A DNA stretch of 64,000 nucleotides from an uncultured Bacillota bacterium. Its GTDB lineage: Bacteria > Sysuimicrobiota > Sysuimicrobiia > Sysuimicrobiales > Segetimicrobiaceae. Where the stretch lies: assembly GCA_963804645.1 (NCBI GenBank), contig CAWDRG010000019.1, forward strand, positions 64,001 through 128,000, read 5' to 3'. Made by a program: the position numbers and the translations under genes. Shown here piece after piece: positions 20,509 through 30,836 of the stretch. The notes under the pieces were generated by a model. The model was not told where the DNA came from and did no database searches. It worked only from the letters and a program-made list of their open reading frames with translations. Position 1 is the first letter of the stretch. Every line of letters begins with the position of its first letter.

Positions 20509-21471
20509 ATGCAGTACCGTCAGCTGGGACGCACCGGGTTGCGCGTGTCCGTGTTCGGCTTGGGGACCAACGCGTTTGGGGGACGCGCGGATGAGGCGAC
20601 CTCCATCGCCCTGATTCACCACGCGCTCGAGCACGGCGTGAACCTGATCGACACCTCGAACCGCTCGCCCGCGACCCCGACCATGACCGAGCTGTCGGAG
20701 ACGATCATGGGCCGGGCGCTTCGGGGGCGGCGGGACCAGGCGATCATCGCGACCAAGTGCGGGAAGAAGACCGGCGACGGCCCGAACGACGCCAACTGCT
20801 CGCGCTGGCACATCCTGCAGGAGGTCGAGCGCAGTCTCCGGCGCCTGCAGACCGACCACATCGATCTGTACCAGATCCATTGGTTCGACCCGACGACCCC
20901 GCTCGAGGAGACGCTCCGGGCGTTCGACGACCTGGTCCGCGCCGGCAAGGTCCGCTACGTCGGCTGCTCCAACTACACCGCGTGGCAGCTGTGCAAGGCG
21001 CTGTGGACGAGCGACCGGCACGGGCTGGCGCGGTATGATTCCGTCCAGCCGGCGTACTCGCCGGCCGACCGGCGGATCGAGCCCGAGCTCATCCCGCTGT
21101 GCCTCGACCAGGGGGTCGGCGTGCTCGTCTACTATCCGCTCGCCGGCGGGATCCTCACCGGCAAGTACCGCCCCGGGAGCGAGCCGCCGCAGGGGTCGCG
21201 CGCGCGGACCCAGCCGGGCTTCGCCGCCCAGCTGAACGCGCGCAACCTCGCGCTCGCGGTGGAGATGGAGCGGCTCGCCGCGGACGTGGGCGCGACGGTC
21301 GCGCAGCTGACGCTGGCGTGGGTCATGCGGCGGCCGGGGGTCACGAGCGCGCTCGTCGGCGCGACGACCCTCGCGCAGCAGGAGGAGAACCTCCGGGCGG
21401 TCGATCTGCCGCTCAGTGAGGGCACGCTGCGGCGGATCACGGAACTGTCCGATCCGTTTGTGGCCTTCTAG
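20509..21471 (+). CDS. Aldo/keto reductase
   Basis: YRQLGRTGL, IATK, SLRRLQTDHIDLYQIH, YVGCSN. Confidence 0.9.
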   Translation: MQYRQLGRTGLRVSVFGLGTNAFGGRADEATSIALIHHALEHGVNLIDTSNRSPATPTMTELSETIMGRALRGRRDQAIIATKCGKKTGDGPNDANCSRWHILQEVERSLRRLQTDHIDLYQIHWFDPTTPLEETLRAFDDLVRAGKVRYVGCSNYTAWQLCKALWTSDRHGLARYDSVQPAYSPADRRIEPELIPLCLDQGVGVLVYYPLAGGILTGKYRPGSEPPQGSRARTQPGFAAQLNARNLALAVEMERLAADVGATVAQLTLAWVMRRPGVTSALVGATTLAQQEENLRAVDLPLSEGTLRRITELSDPFVAF

Positions 21472-21486
21472 GAGGTGGGGACGGCG

Positions 21487-22503
21487 GTGGCAGCGATGGA
21501 GCGCGGAGAGCGGGTGCGCCGGGCGCTCGCGGGCGGCCCGGTGGATCGGCCGCCGATCAGCTTCTGGTGGCACAGCTTCACCCGGGAGAACGCGGCCGAC
21601 ACACTGGCCGCGGAGACCGCGGAGCAGTTTCAACGGTACGCGTGGGACTTGATCAAGATTCAGTCGCGCGCGACGTCGTTCGCGGAGGGCTGGGGCGTGC
21701 GCTACCAGCCCTCGACGGCGCCGGCCGTGTCTCCCGTCATCATCGAGCGTCCGGTGCGGTCGGCCGCCGACCTGCGGCGGATCCGCCCGCTGGAGCCGTC
21801 CGCCGGGGCGCTCGGCGAGCAGCTGACGCTGCTGCGCCTGGTGCGGCGGGCCGTCGGGCCGGATGTGCCGATCCTCCAGACCGTGTTCGCGCCGGCGATG
21901 GTGCTGTCGTACCTGCTGGACCCCGGGCCGGCCGGCGCGGCTCCGCTGCGGGACCTGATCCGCGCCCACGGGGCGGATGTGCACGCGGCGCTGTCGGCGA
22001 TTCGCGACACGATGGCCGCCTACGCCCGCGTGTGCCTCGCCGGGGGCGCGGACGGGATCTTTCTCGCGGTGAAAGCCGCGAGCGCCGATCAGATGACGCG
22101 CGCGGAGTACGAGGAGTTTGGGCTGCCGTACGATCGGGCGGTCCTGGACGCCGCCGCCGGGGGATGGCTCAACATGCTCCATCTGTGCGGGCCGCGCCTC
22201 TACTTCGACGTGGTCGACCGGCTCCCGACCCCGCTCGTGAACTGGGCGCTCGAGCCCGGCAACCCGACGCTGGCGGAGGGACGGGACCGGAGCCGGCGCG
22301 CGGTGATCGGCGGGGTCACCCCGAAGCCTGGACTCCTCGATCTGTCTCCCGAGCAGGTCGAAGCCGAGGTCGGCGCGGCGATCGCGGACACCGGCGGCGT
22401 GCGGATGATGATCGGACCGGGCTGCTCGATCCCTCCGGACACGCCGGAGGCGAACCTGCGGGCCGCGTGCGCGGCGGTGGCGCGATACCGGGCCGGCGCG
22501 TAG
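21487..22503 (+). CDS. Uroporphyrinogen decarboxylase-like (URO-D/CIMS superfamily) protein
   Basis: VDRPPISFWWH, GADGIF, HLCG, IGPGCSI; start could be 21475, 21487 or 21496. Confidence 0.75.
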   Translation: MAAMERGERVRRALAGGPVDRPPISFWWHSFTRENAADTLAAETAEQFQRYAWDLIKIQSRATSFAEGWGVRYQPSTAPAVSPVIIERPVRSAADLRRIRPLEPSAGALGEQLTLLRLVRRAVGPDVPILQTVFAPAMVLSYLLDPGPAGAAPLRDLIRAHGADVHAALSAIRDTMAAYARVCLAGGADGIFLAVKAASADQMTRAEYEEFGLPYDRAVLDAAAGGWLNMLHLCGPRLYFDVVDRLPTPLVNWALEPGNPTLAEGRDRSRRAVIGGVTPKPGLLDLSPEQVEAEVGAAIADTGGVRMMIGPGCSIPPDTPEANLRAACAAVARYRAGA

Positions 22504-22687
22504 GGGTGAGGTCTGCGCGCGGCGGCGGGCCGCGCCGCGGGTCGGCCACCGGCGACCATCGCCCGCGTCTCGTGGGAGGAAACCGCCCGGTGCCTTGGAA
22601 CACCATCGGGGCAGGTGTGCGCCTCCCGTACACGAGCCTCGCCCCGCGCGCTGCGTCGGCGCCGACGCGGCTTGGAGGATCCCCCGG

Positions 22688-23512
22688 ATGAAGCTCGGGT
22701 ATACGATCTCCGTGTCCGACGCGCCGGCCTCGGCGCCCGTCGATCCGTCCGCGGCGCTGCTCGACGTGCTTCGGGTGCTCGGGGACCTCGGCTTTGACGG
22801 CGTTGAGCTCTCGATTCGCGATCCTGCGCGCATCGATCTCGACGCGGTCGCGTCCCTGGCGGCGTCGCTCGGGATCGTCGTGCCGGCGATCGCGACCGGG
22901 CAGGCGTACACGCAGGACGGGTTGTCGCTGACCGCCCCCGAGGCGTCGTCGCGCGAGGGCGCGGTGGCGCGGCTCTTGGCCCAGGTCGAGGCGGCGGCCC
23001 GCCTGCAGGCCATGCTGACGATCGGGGTGATCCACGGGCCGATCCCCGCGGGGGAGCGCCGCGAGCAGGCCGAAGAGCGGTTGCTCGCCGCGCTGGGCCG
23101 GGTCGCGCAGGCGGCCCGCCGCCGCGGCGTGCGCCTCGTGGTCGAGCCGATCCAGCGGTATTCGACGAACTGGCTGCACACCGCGCATGAGGTGATGCAG
23201 CTGCTCGGGCGGCTCGGGGAGGAGAACGTCGGGGTGCTGCTCGATACCTTCCACATGAACATCGAGGAGGCGGATCCGGCCGCGGCGATGCGCGAAGCCG
23301 CGCCCCGCCTGTGGCACTTTCACGTCGCCGAGAACAACCGGCGCGCGCCGGGGTGGGGGCATTTGGACTTTGGGGCGAGCGTCGCCGTCCTCCGGACGCT
23401 GGGGTACGACCGGTTCGTGTCCGCGGAGGTGTCGCAGGAGCCGACCCTCGAGGCCGCGGCCCGGCAGACGCTCTCGGTGATGCGGCCGCTCGTGCCTCGC
23501 CGGCGCGGGTGA
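22688..23512 (+). CDS. Sugar phosphate isomerase/epimerase (IolO-like TIM barrel)
   Basis: FDGVEL, VEPIQRY, DTFHMNIEE, NRRAPGWGHLDF. Confidence 0.85.
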   Translation: MKLGYTISVSDAPASAPVDPSAALLDVLRVLGDLGFDGVELSIRDPARIDLDAVASLAASLGIVVPAIATGQAYTQDGLSLTAPEASSREGAVARLLAQVEAAARLQAMLTIGVIHGPIPAGERREQAEERLLAALGRVAQAARRRGVRLVVEPIQRYSTNWLHTAHEVMQLLGRLGEENVGVLLDTFHMNIEEADPAAAMREAAPRLWHFHVAENNRRAPGWGHLDFGASVAVLRTLGYDRFVSAEVSQEPTLEAAARQTLSVMRPLVPRRRG

Positions 23513-23579
23513 GTCGAGGTTCTGCGCGTGTCGCGGCGCACCGTGCCGCGTTCGCAGCATCGGACTGGGGGGTGGGGCG

Positions 23580-24377
23580 ATGAACCTGTACGCGAAGCAC
23601 GACGCAGCGACCGGACTGCGCGAGGTATTCAATCCCGGAAACTCGGAGAGCGGGGGGCTCGAGCTGGCCCTGCTGCGGCTCGACGCGGGCGGTTCGATTG
23701 AGACCGCCGCCAAGGGACGGGAGTCGCTGCTGACGATCCTCGGGGGCCGCTGCGGCGTCTCGGTGGACGGCATGGGGAGCTGGAAGGGACTGGGCGAGCG
23801 CGCCAACGTCTTCAGCGGGGTCGCGGCGTCGGTGTACGTGCCGGCCGGGGCGCCGTACCGCGTGGTCGCCGAGGGCCCGCTCGAGGCGGTGATCTGGCGG
23901 GCCCCGGCCCAGCCCGGCGGGCAGGCGTACGTCATCCAGCCGTCCGACGTCGCGGTCGCCGTGCGGGGCACCGGCGCGTTTCGCCGGCGGGTGCACACGA
24001 TCCTCGATACATCCCGTCCGGCGCAGGCGCTGGTCGCCGGCGAGACGTTCAACGAGCCGGGCGCGTGGTCGAGCTATCCGCCGCACAAGCACGACCGGCA
24101 CGATCCGCCGAACGAGGTCAAGCTCGTCGAGATCTACCACTACAAAGTCGATCCGGCCCAGGGCTTCGGCATGCAGCGCGTCTATTCTCCGGAGCGCCAC
24201 TTTGACGAGACGTACATCGTCGAGGACGGCGACTCGGTGCTCATCCCGTTCGGGTTTCACCCCGTGGTGGCGGCGCCGGGGTATCAGCTGTGCTACCTGT
24301 GGGCGCTCGCGGGGGAGGGGCGCACGCTGAAGATGCAGGAAGACCCAGCCCACAGCTGGGCCGGCCGCGCGAAGTAG
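23580..24377 (+). CDS. iolB: 5-deoxy-glucuronate isomerase
   Basis: WSSYPPHKHD, EIYHY, GFGMQRVY, GFHPVVAAPGY. Confidence 0.88.
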   Translation: MNLYAKHDAATGLREVFNPGNSESGGLELALLRLDAGGSIETAAKGRESLLTILGGRCGVSVDGMGSWKGLGERANVFSGVAASVYVPAGAPYRVVAEGPLEAVIWRAPAQPGGQAYVIQPSDVAVAVRGTGAFRRRVHTILDTSRPAQALVAGETFNEPGAWSSYPPHKHDRHDPPNEVKLVEIYHYKVDPAQGFGMQRVYSPERHFDETYIVEDGDSVLIPFGFHPVVAAPGYQLCYLWALAGEGRTLKMQEDPAHSWAGRAK

Positions 24378-24389
24378 GCGAGCCCGCGC

Positions 24390-25559
24390 ATGGCAGGGAG
24401 ACGGCCGCAGCGCTTGGCCGGGATGGCCGGCATCGGCGTCGATGCGATCGGCGCCGCCGCCGACGCGCTGGGCGACCCGTCGGTCCTGCGGTTCGAGAAC
24501 CTGGACACGGATCTGCGGCCCCATCCGGTCGTGATCGACGCGACCCGGCGGGCCCTCGTGGACGACCGCAACAACAGCTACCTGCCGTTCGTCGGGCAGG
24601 CGCGGCTGCGGGAGGCCGCGGCCGCGCACGTGTCGCGTCTCTCCGGCGTGCCGTACTCCGCCACCCGCAACGTGATCATCTCGGCCGGCGGGCTGTCCGG
24701 CATCCTCAACGTCCTGCTGGCTCTGATCGACACCGGCGACGAGGTGGTCCTGACCGACCCCACGTACATCGGACTGATCAACCGGGTGCGGCTCGCCGGC
24801 GGGGTGCCCCGCCTGGCGGCGTTCACGGACGATCGAGGCGAGTGGCGTCTCGACGTCGGCGCACTGCGCGCGGCGGTGACGCCGCAGACGCGCGCGCTGC
24901 TCATGATGAGCCCGTCGATGCCGTCGGGCGCTGTGCTGCGGCGGGACGACTGGGAGGTCGTCGTCGGGCTCGCCCGCGAGCGCGATCTGTGGCTGATTTA
25001 CGACGCGGCGATGGAGCGCATTCTGTACGACGGCCGGGCGTACGTCCACCCGGCGTCGCTGCCGGGCGCGGCCGACTGCGTCGTGACGGTCGGCGCCGCG
25101 TCCAAGGAGCTGCGCATGATCGGGTGGCGGGTCGGGTGGATCGTCGCGCCCGAGCGCCTCATGGCGGACTTGGCCCTGGTGTCGATGGGCAACGTCGTGG
25201 TCCCGGTCGGCATCGCACAGGAGGCGGCCGCGGCCGCCCTCGAGTTAGGCGACGCCGACGTGCAGGCGGCCGTGGCCGAGTGGGGCCGCCGGCGCGACGC
25301 GCTGCTGGGCGAACTCACCGGCCTGCCCGCCGTCATACCGGGCGGCGGCTGGTCGCTGTTGGTCGACGGCGCGCCGCTGGGTCTGACCGGCGCCGAGATG
25401 TCCCGGCGCCTCCTCGCGCGGGCGGGCGTCGCCGCGACGCCCATGGACGGCTGGGGGGAGGTCAACGGCGGGCAGTTTCTGCGCTTCGTCTTCGCGAACG
25501 AGCCGGTCGAGCGGATCCGCGGCGCCGGCGCGCGGATCAGGGCGGCGCTGGGGGTCTGA
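24390..25559 (+). CDS. PLP-dependent aminotransferase class I/II
   Basis: GDEVVLTDPTY, LIYDAAM, SKELRMIGWRVG. Confidence 0.85.
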   Translation: MAGRRPQRLAGMAGIGVDAIGAAADALGDPSVLRFENLDTDLRPHPVVIDATRRALVDDRNNSYLPFVGQARLREAAAAHVSRLSGVPYSATRNVIISAGGLSGILNVLLALIDTGDEVVLTDPTYIGLINRVRLAGGVPRLAAFTDDRGEWRLDVGALRAAVTPQTRALLMMSPSMPSGAVLRRDDWEVVVGLARERDLWLIYDAAMERILYDGRAYVHPASLPGAADCVVTVGAASKELRMIGWRVGWIVAPERLMADLALVSMGNVVVPVGIAQEAAAAALELGDADVQAAVAEWGRRRDALLGELTGLPAVIPGGGWSLLVDGAPLGLTGAEMSRRLLARAGVAATPMDGWGEVNGGQFLRFVFANEPVERIRGAGARIRAALGV

Positions 25560-25609
25560 TCGGGTCGCGGAACGAGCCGCGTCGGGCCGGGAGTGACGAG
25601 CCCCCTCGT

Positions 25610-26857
25610 TTACTTGACACCGGGGGGCGAGACGGAGACCGTGGGATCGGCCCAGCGCGTGTTGGGGATCAGCGGATACCAGGCCGGCCGGCCCGGGTCC
25701 CGGTCATAGGGGTAGCCGCCGACCCGGCGGTAGTGTTCGGCGTAGCGCCCGAGACGTTCGCGGTCGAGCCGGACGCCCAGGCCCGGGGCGGTCGGCACGG
25801 CGATCGCCCCGCCGCGATACGGGAGCTTGCCGCCCTCGAGAATGTCGTCGGTGAGCTGATGGTAGTGCGCGTCCGCGGCGAACGTGAGGTTGGGGAGGAC
25901 CGCGCCCAGGTGCAGCATCGTCGCGAGCTGCACGCCGAGCTCTCCCGAGGAATGCACGCCGATCCCCAGCTGGAACGTCTCGCACACGCCCGCGGCTTTG
26001 ACGCACGGCCGGATACCGCCCCAGAACGTGGTATCCAGCAGCACCACGTCGACCGCGGGCTGCAGCACGTTGGCTGCCAGTTCTTCGAAGTTGATGACCA
26101 CGGTGTTGGTCGCGAGCGGGACGCGGACGCGCTCCCGCACGCGGCGGAGGCCGTTCATGCCCCAGGTCGGATCTTCAAAATAGTCGTTGCGGAGGGGCTC
26201 GATCGCGCGGCCGAACCGCGTGGCCTCCTCGACGCTGAGCACCGCGTTGGGATCGTAGCGAAGCGAGTCCTCGGGGAATGCGGCCGCGAGCGCGCGGTAG
26301 CAGTCGAGCTCGTAGTCCGGCGGGTAGACGCCGCCCTTCAGCTTGTGCGTGCGAAACCCGCAGCGCCGCTGCAGGTCGCGGGCGTGCGCGAGCAGCTGGT
26401 CGATCGTCCGCACCTCGCCCGCCGCCGGGCCCGCGTACCGGAAGAAGAGGTAGCTCGCGAACGGGATCTCGCTCCGCAGCGGCCCGCCGAGCAGCACGTG
26501 CACGGGCACGCCCAGCGCCTGTCCCGCGATGTCGAGGCAGGCGAACTCGATCGCGGCGTGCAGCTGGGTGCGGTTGTTGTAGAGGCTCGCGGTCGGGTTG
26601 CTGATCTTGAACCGCAGCGCCTCGAGCTCGAACACCGAGTGGCCGACGAGGTACGGGGCGAGCGCCAGGATCGCCTGTTCCGCGCTCTCGCCGCCGCCGC
26701 CCAGCTCGCCGAGGCCGACGAGCCCGTCGTCCGACCGCACCTCGACGATCGTCCGGACGAACCGGCCCCAGTGCGCGCCGTTGCTGTGCAGCAGCGGCGC
26801 CTCGAGGGGCACGGCCACGGTCGTCGCCCGAAGGTCGGCGATGCGCGGCGGGTTCAT
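25610..26857 (-). CDS. Enolase-superfamily acid-sugar dehydratase (glucarate dehydratase-like)
   Basis: HKLKGG, YDPNA, EDP, LATN, HSSGELG, DAHY. Confidence 0.85.
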   Translation of the reverse strand: MNPPRIADLRATTVAVPLEAPLLHSNGAHWGRFVRTIVEVRSDDGLVGLGELGGGGESAEQAILALAPYLVGHSVFELEALRFKISNPTASLYNNRTQLHAAIEFACLDIAGQALGVPVHVLLGGPLRSEIPFASYLFFRYAGPAAGEVRTIDQLLAHARDLQRRCGFRTHKLKGGVYPPDYELDCYRALAAAFPEDSLRYDPNAVLSVEEATRFGRAIEPLRNDYFEDPTWGMNGLRRVRERVRVPLATNTVVINFEELAANVLQPAVDVVLLDTTFWGGIRPCVKAAGVCETFQLGIGVHSSGELGVQLATMLHLGAVLPNLTFAADAHYHQLTDDILEGGKLPYRGGAIAVPTAPGLGVRLDRERLGRYAEHYRRVGGYPYDRDPGRPAWYPLIPNTRWADPTVSVSPPGVK

Positions 26858-26906
26858 CGGGCAGGCCGCTGCGGTGTCGGCTGTCTTCCCACGGCTCCGG
26901 GACCCG

Positions 26907-27287
26907 CTACTTCTTCTTCTCGGCTTCCTCGATCAGCGTAGCGACCGTGGACACTGTCGCCACGGGCTCGACCGCCACGATGTGGTTCGGGTTCAGCACC
27001 ATGCGGTCCGGGCCGTGCCACTGGGTTGACAACCGCACCAGCGTGTTGCTGACCGCCTTGGTGTTGGGGTCGACCTGGGATTGGACGTAGTAGACGTCGC
27101 TCAGCACCGGGTGGGCGGTCCCATATCCCGACAGCCGCCCGAAGTAGACGACGCCGCTGTCGAGCATGACCGCCTGGAACGGGGTCGTCCAGGTCGGCGG
27201 GGCCTCGCGCTCCCAGTACCATGCCGCCCCCCCCACCACCACGATGAGCACGGCGACGATCACGATGATTCGCTCCAATCTTGGCAT
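26907..27287 (-). CDS. Small membrane-anchored hypothetical protein
   Basis: N-terminal [28 protein letters not shown]. Confidence 0.65.
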   Translation of the reverse strand: MPRLERIIVIVAVLIVVVGGAAWYWEREAPPTWTTPFQAVMLDSGVVYFGRLSGYGTAHPVLSDVYYVQSQVDPNTKAVSNTLVRLSTQWHGPDRMVLNPNHIVAVEPVATVSTVATLIEEAEKKK

Positions 27288-27505
27288 ACAGCACCTCAAG
27301 TCGTGTGATATGTCGACGGGCGACGTCCACGTCCGCCATCATACTACACTACTACGTCTGTTCAAGGCCCTGGGACTCTCGTCGGATGCGGCCGAGCGGG
27401 AGCCCTCGCGCCGGCGCCGGACGCAAGGGGAGATGCGCACTGCGTCGAACCCCCTCGAAGGCCGCGTGCGCGGCGGGCAGGCGCGATCTCGACGGAGGTG
27501 GACGC

Positions 27506-29578
27506 ATGGCAACCCTGCGGGGACGTCGCGAGGTGTTCCGATGGCTCGCCCGCTGCGCCGGGGCGGCGGCGGTCGTCCCATCGCTCTGGACGGCGCTCGG
27601 ACGGACGCCGCCGGCGGCGCGGGCGGCGGTGTCGCGCATCGGCGCGTCGCTGATCGGGAAGCTCGAAGGTCCGGAGGTCGTGACGGATCCCTCGCGGTTC
27701 CCGAAAACCCTGAGCGAGGCGCCCGCGCTGCAGGCGCTCGTCGCGGCGGGCAAGCTGCCGGCGGCGAAGGACCGGATCGGAGACGATCCGCTGGTGCTGA
27801 AGCCGGCGCACGACATCGGGAAGTACGGCGGCACGCTGCACCTGGCGTTCACCGGTCCCGCGGATTTCGTCGGGGGTGTCCGGTTCGGGTCGGGGCCGGA
27901 CTCGCCGCTGATGTACGACTACACCGGGCACACGATCGTCCCGAACGTCGCCAAGGGATACGAGATCAGCAAGGACGGGCGGGTCATCACGCTGCACCTG
28001 CGGCGCGGGATGCGGTGGTCGAACGGGACGCCGTTCACGGCGGACGACTTCCTGTTTTGGTTCGAGGATATGTACGGCAACAAGGACCTCGTCCCCCAAT
28101 CGGAAGAGCTGATGCAGGCCGGCGGCAAGCCGATCGTGATGGAGAAGGTCGACGCGTACACGGTCCGGTACAATTGCCCCGCCCCGAATTTCCTGTTTCC
28201 CCAGCAGCTGGCGGGAGGGACGCACGTCGCGAGCCCAGCGTGGTACGGCCTCACGGGGCTCGGCGGCTACGCGCCGAGCCAGTACCTGAAGCAGTTTCAT
28301 CCCAAGTACACCTCGGCGGACGAGCTGCAGCAGAAGTTCCGGGCCGCGAAGTTCGACGATTGGGTGAGCTACTTTAAGAACCGCAACTCCTGGCACCTCA
28401 ATCCGGACCTGCCTGTGGTCTCGCCCTGGAAGTCCGTGTCCGCGGCGACCGGGTCGGTGTGGGCGCTTGAGCGCAACCCCTACAGCATCTGGATCGACAC
28501 CGCCGGGAACCAGCTGCCGTACGTCGACCGGGTCGAGATGACGCTCACCCAAGACCTCGACGTGCTCAGCCTTCGCGCGATGTCGGGGGACATCGACTAC
28601 CAGTCGCGCAACATCCTGATCGACAAGATGGCGCTGTTGATCCAAAACCAGTCGAAGGGTAACTATCAGGTCCACCTGGACCCCGGCGAGTACGGCTCGG
28701 ACATGGCGCTGTTCTTCAACATGAGCTTCGACGCCGATCCGGAGATCGCCAAGTGGTTCAACACGACGGACTTCCGACGCGCCCTCGCGCTCGGCATCGA
28801 CCGCGACCAGATCAACGAGGCGTTTTGGCTGGGGACGGGCACGCCGGGCTCGGTCGTCCCGGCGGAGACCAACGCGTACAACCCGGGCCCGGACTACCGG
28901 ACGCTGTGGGCGACCCACGACCCGGCGCGGGCAAACGGGATGCTGGACCGCATCGGGCTCAAGGCGAAGGACGCGGAGGGCTTTCGCCTGCGGACCGACG
29001 GCAAGGGGCGGCTCAGCATCACGGTGACGACGATCTCGGCGCAGCTGCTGCCGTTTTCGGACATCTGCGAGATGATCAAGGAACAGTACAAGCAGATCGG
29101 CATCGACCTGGTCATCCAAGAGGTGGAGCGAAGCCTCGCGCTGACGCGGGCCGCCGCGAACCAGCAGCAGCTGGCGGCGTGGCCGAACGACGGCAGCGAC
29201 CGGCTGTTCGTCTCGCCGGTGCACGTCTTCCCGTACGAGGAGAGCAACACCGAGGTCACCGGGCCGCTGTACGCGCGGTGGTTCAACACGGACGGGACGC
29301 AGGGGAAGCAGCCCCCGCCCTGGATCCGGCTGATGATGGATGACTGGCGCAAGGCGTTCGGCGTGCCCGCGTCGGAGCAGATCCGCCTCGGCAAAGAGAT
29401 CTGGCGGACCGCGGCCGACAACGTCATCGCGATCGGCGTGGTGGGCCTGGGGCCGGCGTCGACCGGCGTGCGCGTCGTGAAGACTAACCTCGGGAACGCG
29501 CCGTCCCGGGAGCTCAACTGCTCGCCGCTCTTCAGTCCGGGCGTCTCCCGGCCGCAGACCTTTTACTGGAGGAGCTAG
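27506..29578 (+). CDS. Family-5 ABC substrate-binding protein with a probable Tat signal
   Basis: RREVF N-terminus, GKYGG, LRRGMRWSNGTPFTADD, GNQLPYVD. Confidence 0.9.
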   Translation: MATLRGRREVFRWLARCAGAAAVVPSLWTALGRTPPAARAAVSRIGASLIGKLEGPEVVTDPSRFPKTLSEAPALQALVAAGKLPAAKDRIGDDPLVLKPAHDIGKYGGTLHLAFTGPADFVGGVRFGSGPDSPLMYDYTGHTIVPNVAKGYEISKDGRVITLHLRRGMRWSNGTPFTADDFLFWFEDMYGNKDLVPQSEELMQAGGKPIVMEKVDAYTVRYNCPAPNFLFPQQLAGGTHVASPAWYGLTGLGGYAPSQYLKQFHPKYTSADELQQKFRAAKFDDWVSYFKNRNSWHLNPDLPVVSPWKSVSAATGSVWALERNPYSIWIDTAGNQLPYVDRVEMTLTQDLDVLSLRAMSGDIDYQSRNILIDKMALLIQNQSKGNYQVHLDPGEYGSDMALFFNMSFDADPEIAKWFNTTDFRRALALGIDRDQINEAFWLGTGTPGSVVPAETNAYNPGPDYRTLWATHDPARANGMLDRIGLKAKDAEGFRLRTDGKGRLSITVTTISAQLLPFSDICEMIKEQYKQIGIDLVIQEVERSLALTRAAANQQQLAAWPNDGSDRLFVSPVHVFPYEESNTEVTGPLYARWFNTDGTQGKQPPPWIRLMMDDWRKAFGVPASEQIRLGKEIWRTAADNVIAIGVVGLGPASTGVRVVKTNLGNAPSRELNCSPLFSPGVSRPQTFYWRS

Positions 29579-29603
29579 CCGGGGTGAACCCCGGCGCCCC
29601 CCC

Positions 29604-30800
29604 ATGAGCACGCGCCAGCAGGTCAACATCGGGATGGTCGGCGCCGGGTTCATCGCGGAGACGCGCGCTCGGTGCTACGCGGGCGTCACCGGGTGCGACG
29701 CGCGGATCGTCGCGGTGATGAGCCGCTCCCGCGAGCGCGCCGATGCCTACGCGCGGAAGTACGGCGTGCCCGACATCTACGGCGACTTCCAGGAGTTGCT
29801 CGCGAGACCCGACATCGACCTGGTGGACTTGTGCGTCCCGAACCACCTCCACCGGTCGATGACGGAGGCGGCCGCCGCGGCAGGCAAGCACATCGTCTGT
29901 GCCAAACCGCTGACCGCGTTCGACGGCGGCACCGCCGCCGCGGATACCGATTTTCGCACGGTGCCCCGGACCGAGATGCTCCGGGCGGCGCTCGAGAACG
30001 CCGACGCCATGGTCGCCGCGGCGGAGCGGGCGCGCGTGCACCTCATGTACGCCGAGAACTGGGTGTACGCGCCGCCGATCACGAAGGCCGACCGGTTGAT
30101 CGCCGCCTCCGACGGGGTGATTCTCGAGATGCGCGGCGGTGAGTGTCACAGCGGGTCGCACTCTCCGTACTCGCGCGAGTGGCGCCACGCCGGCGGCGGC
30201 GCGCTGCTGCAGCTGGGGGTGCACCCGGTCGGCGCGATGCTGCACTTGAAGCGCCAGGAGGGCCTGCGCCGCAGCAGGCAGGCGATCCGGCCGTCCGCGG
30301 TGGTCGCCGAGGTCGGCGACCTGACCAAGACGCGCGGGTTTCAGGAGGAGCGCGAGCACTGGGTCGGCGTAGGATGGGTCGACGTGGAGAGCTGGGGCGC
30401 GCTGATCATCACCTTCGACGACGGCAGCCGGGGGATCGCCTGGGCGTCTGAGGCGGTGCTCGGCGGCATGGAGAGCAGCCTCGAGATCTTCCTGTCGAAC
30501 GCCCACCTGAAGTGCAACATGGAGCACACCGGCCTCGTGGAGGCGTACGCTCCGAGCCCCGCGGTGTTCGAGGGCGAGTATCTGATGGAGAAGCTCGAGA
30601 CGAAAGCCGGCTGGAGCGCCCCCGCGCCGGACGAGGACTGGGCGCAGGGACACCGGCACGTACTGCAGGACTTCGTCGAGTGCGTGGCCACCGGTCGTGC
30701 CCCGCTCGCGGACGGCCGGCTGGGACGGGATGTGATCGAGACGGTCTACGCGGGCTACGTGTCCGCCGCCGAAGGGCGCCGCGTGGCGCTGGGCCGCTAG
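29604..30800 (+). CDS. Gfo/Idh/MocA oxidoreductase
   Basis: VGAGFIA, PNHLH, AAGKHIVCAKP, GGGALL..GVH. Confidence 0.88.
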   Translation: MSTRQQVNIGMVGAGFIAETRARCYAGVTGCDARIVAVMSRSRERADAYARKYGVPDIYGDFQELLARPDIDLVDLCVPNHLHRSMTEAAAAAGKHIVCAKPLTAFDGGTAAADTDFRTVPRTEMLRAALENADAMVAAAERARVHLMYAENWVYAPPITKADRLIAASDGVILEMRGGECHSGSHSPYSREWRHAGGGALLQLGVHPVGAMLHLKRQEGLRRSRQAIRPSAVVAEVGDLTKTRGFQEEREHWVGVGWVDVESWGALIITFDDGSRGIAWASEAVLGGMESSLEIFLSNAHLKCNMEHTGLVEAYAPSPAVFEGEYLMEKLETKAGWSAPAPDEDWAQGHRHVLQDFVECVATGRAPLADGRLGRDVIETVYAGYVSAAEGRRVALGR

Positions 30801-30836
30801 CCCGCGCCGACGCCGTCGGGACAGGAGACGCGACCG

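Noticed and set aside
29578..29595. Short hairpin GCCGGGG-TGAA-CCCCGGC after the binding-protein gene as a terminator
   Set aside because: No U-tract and the next gene starts 9 nt later; more likely an ordinary intra-operon stabilising stem.
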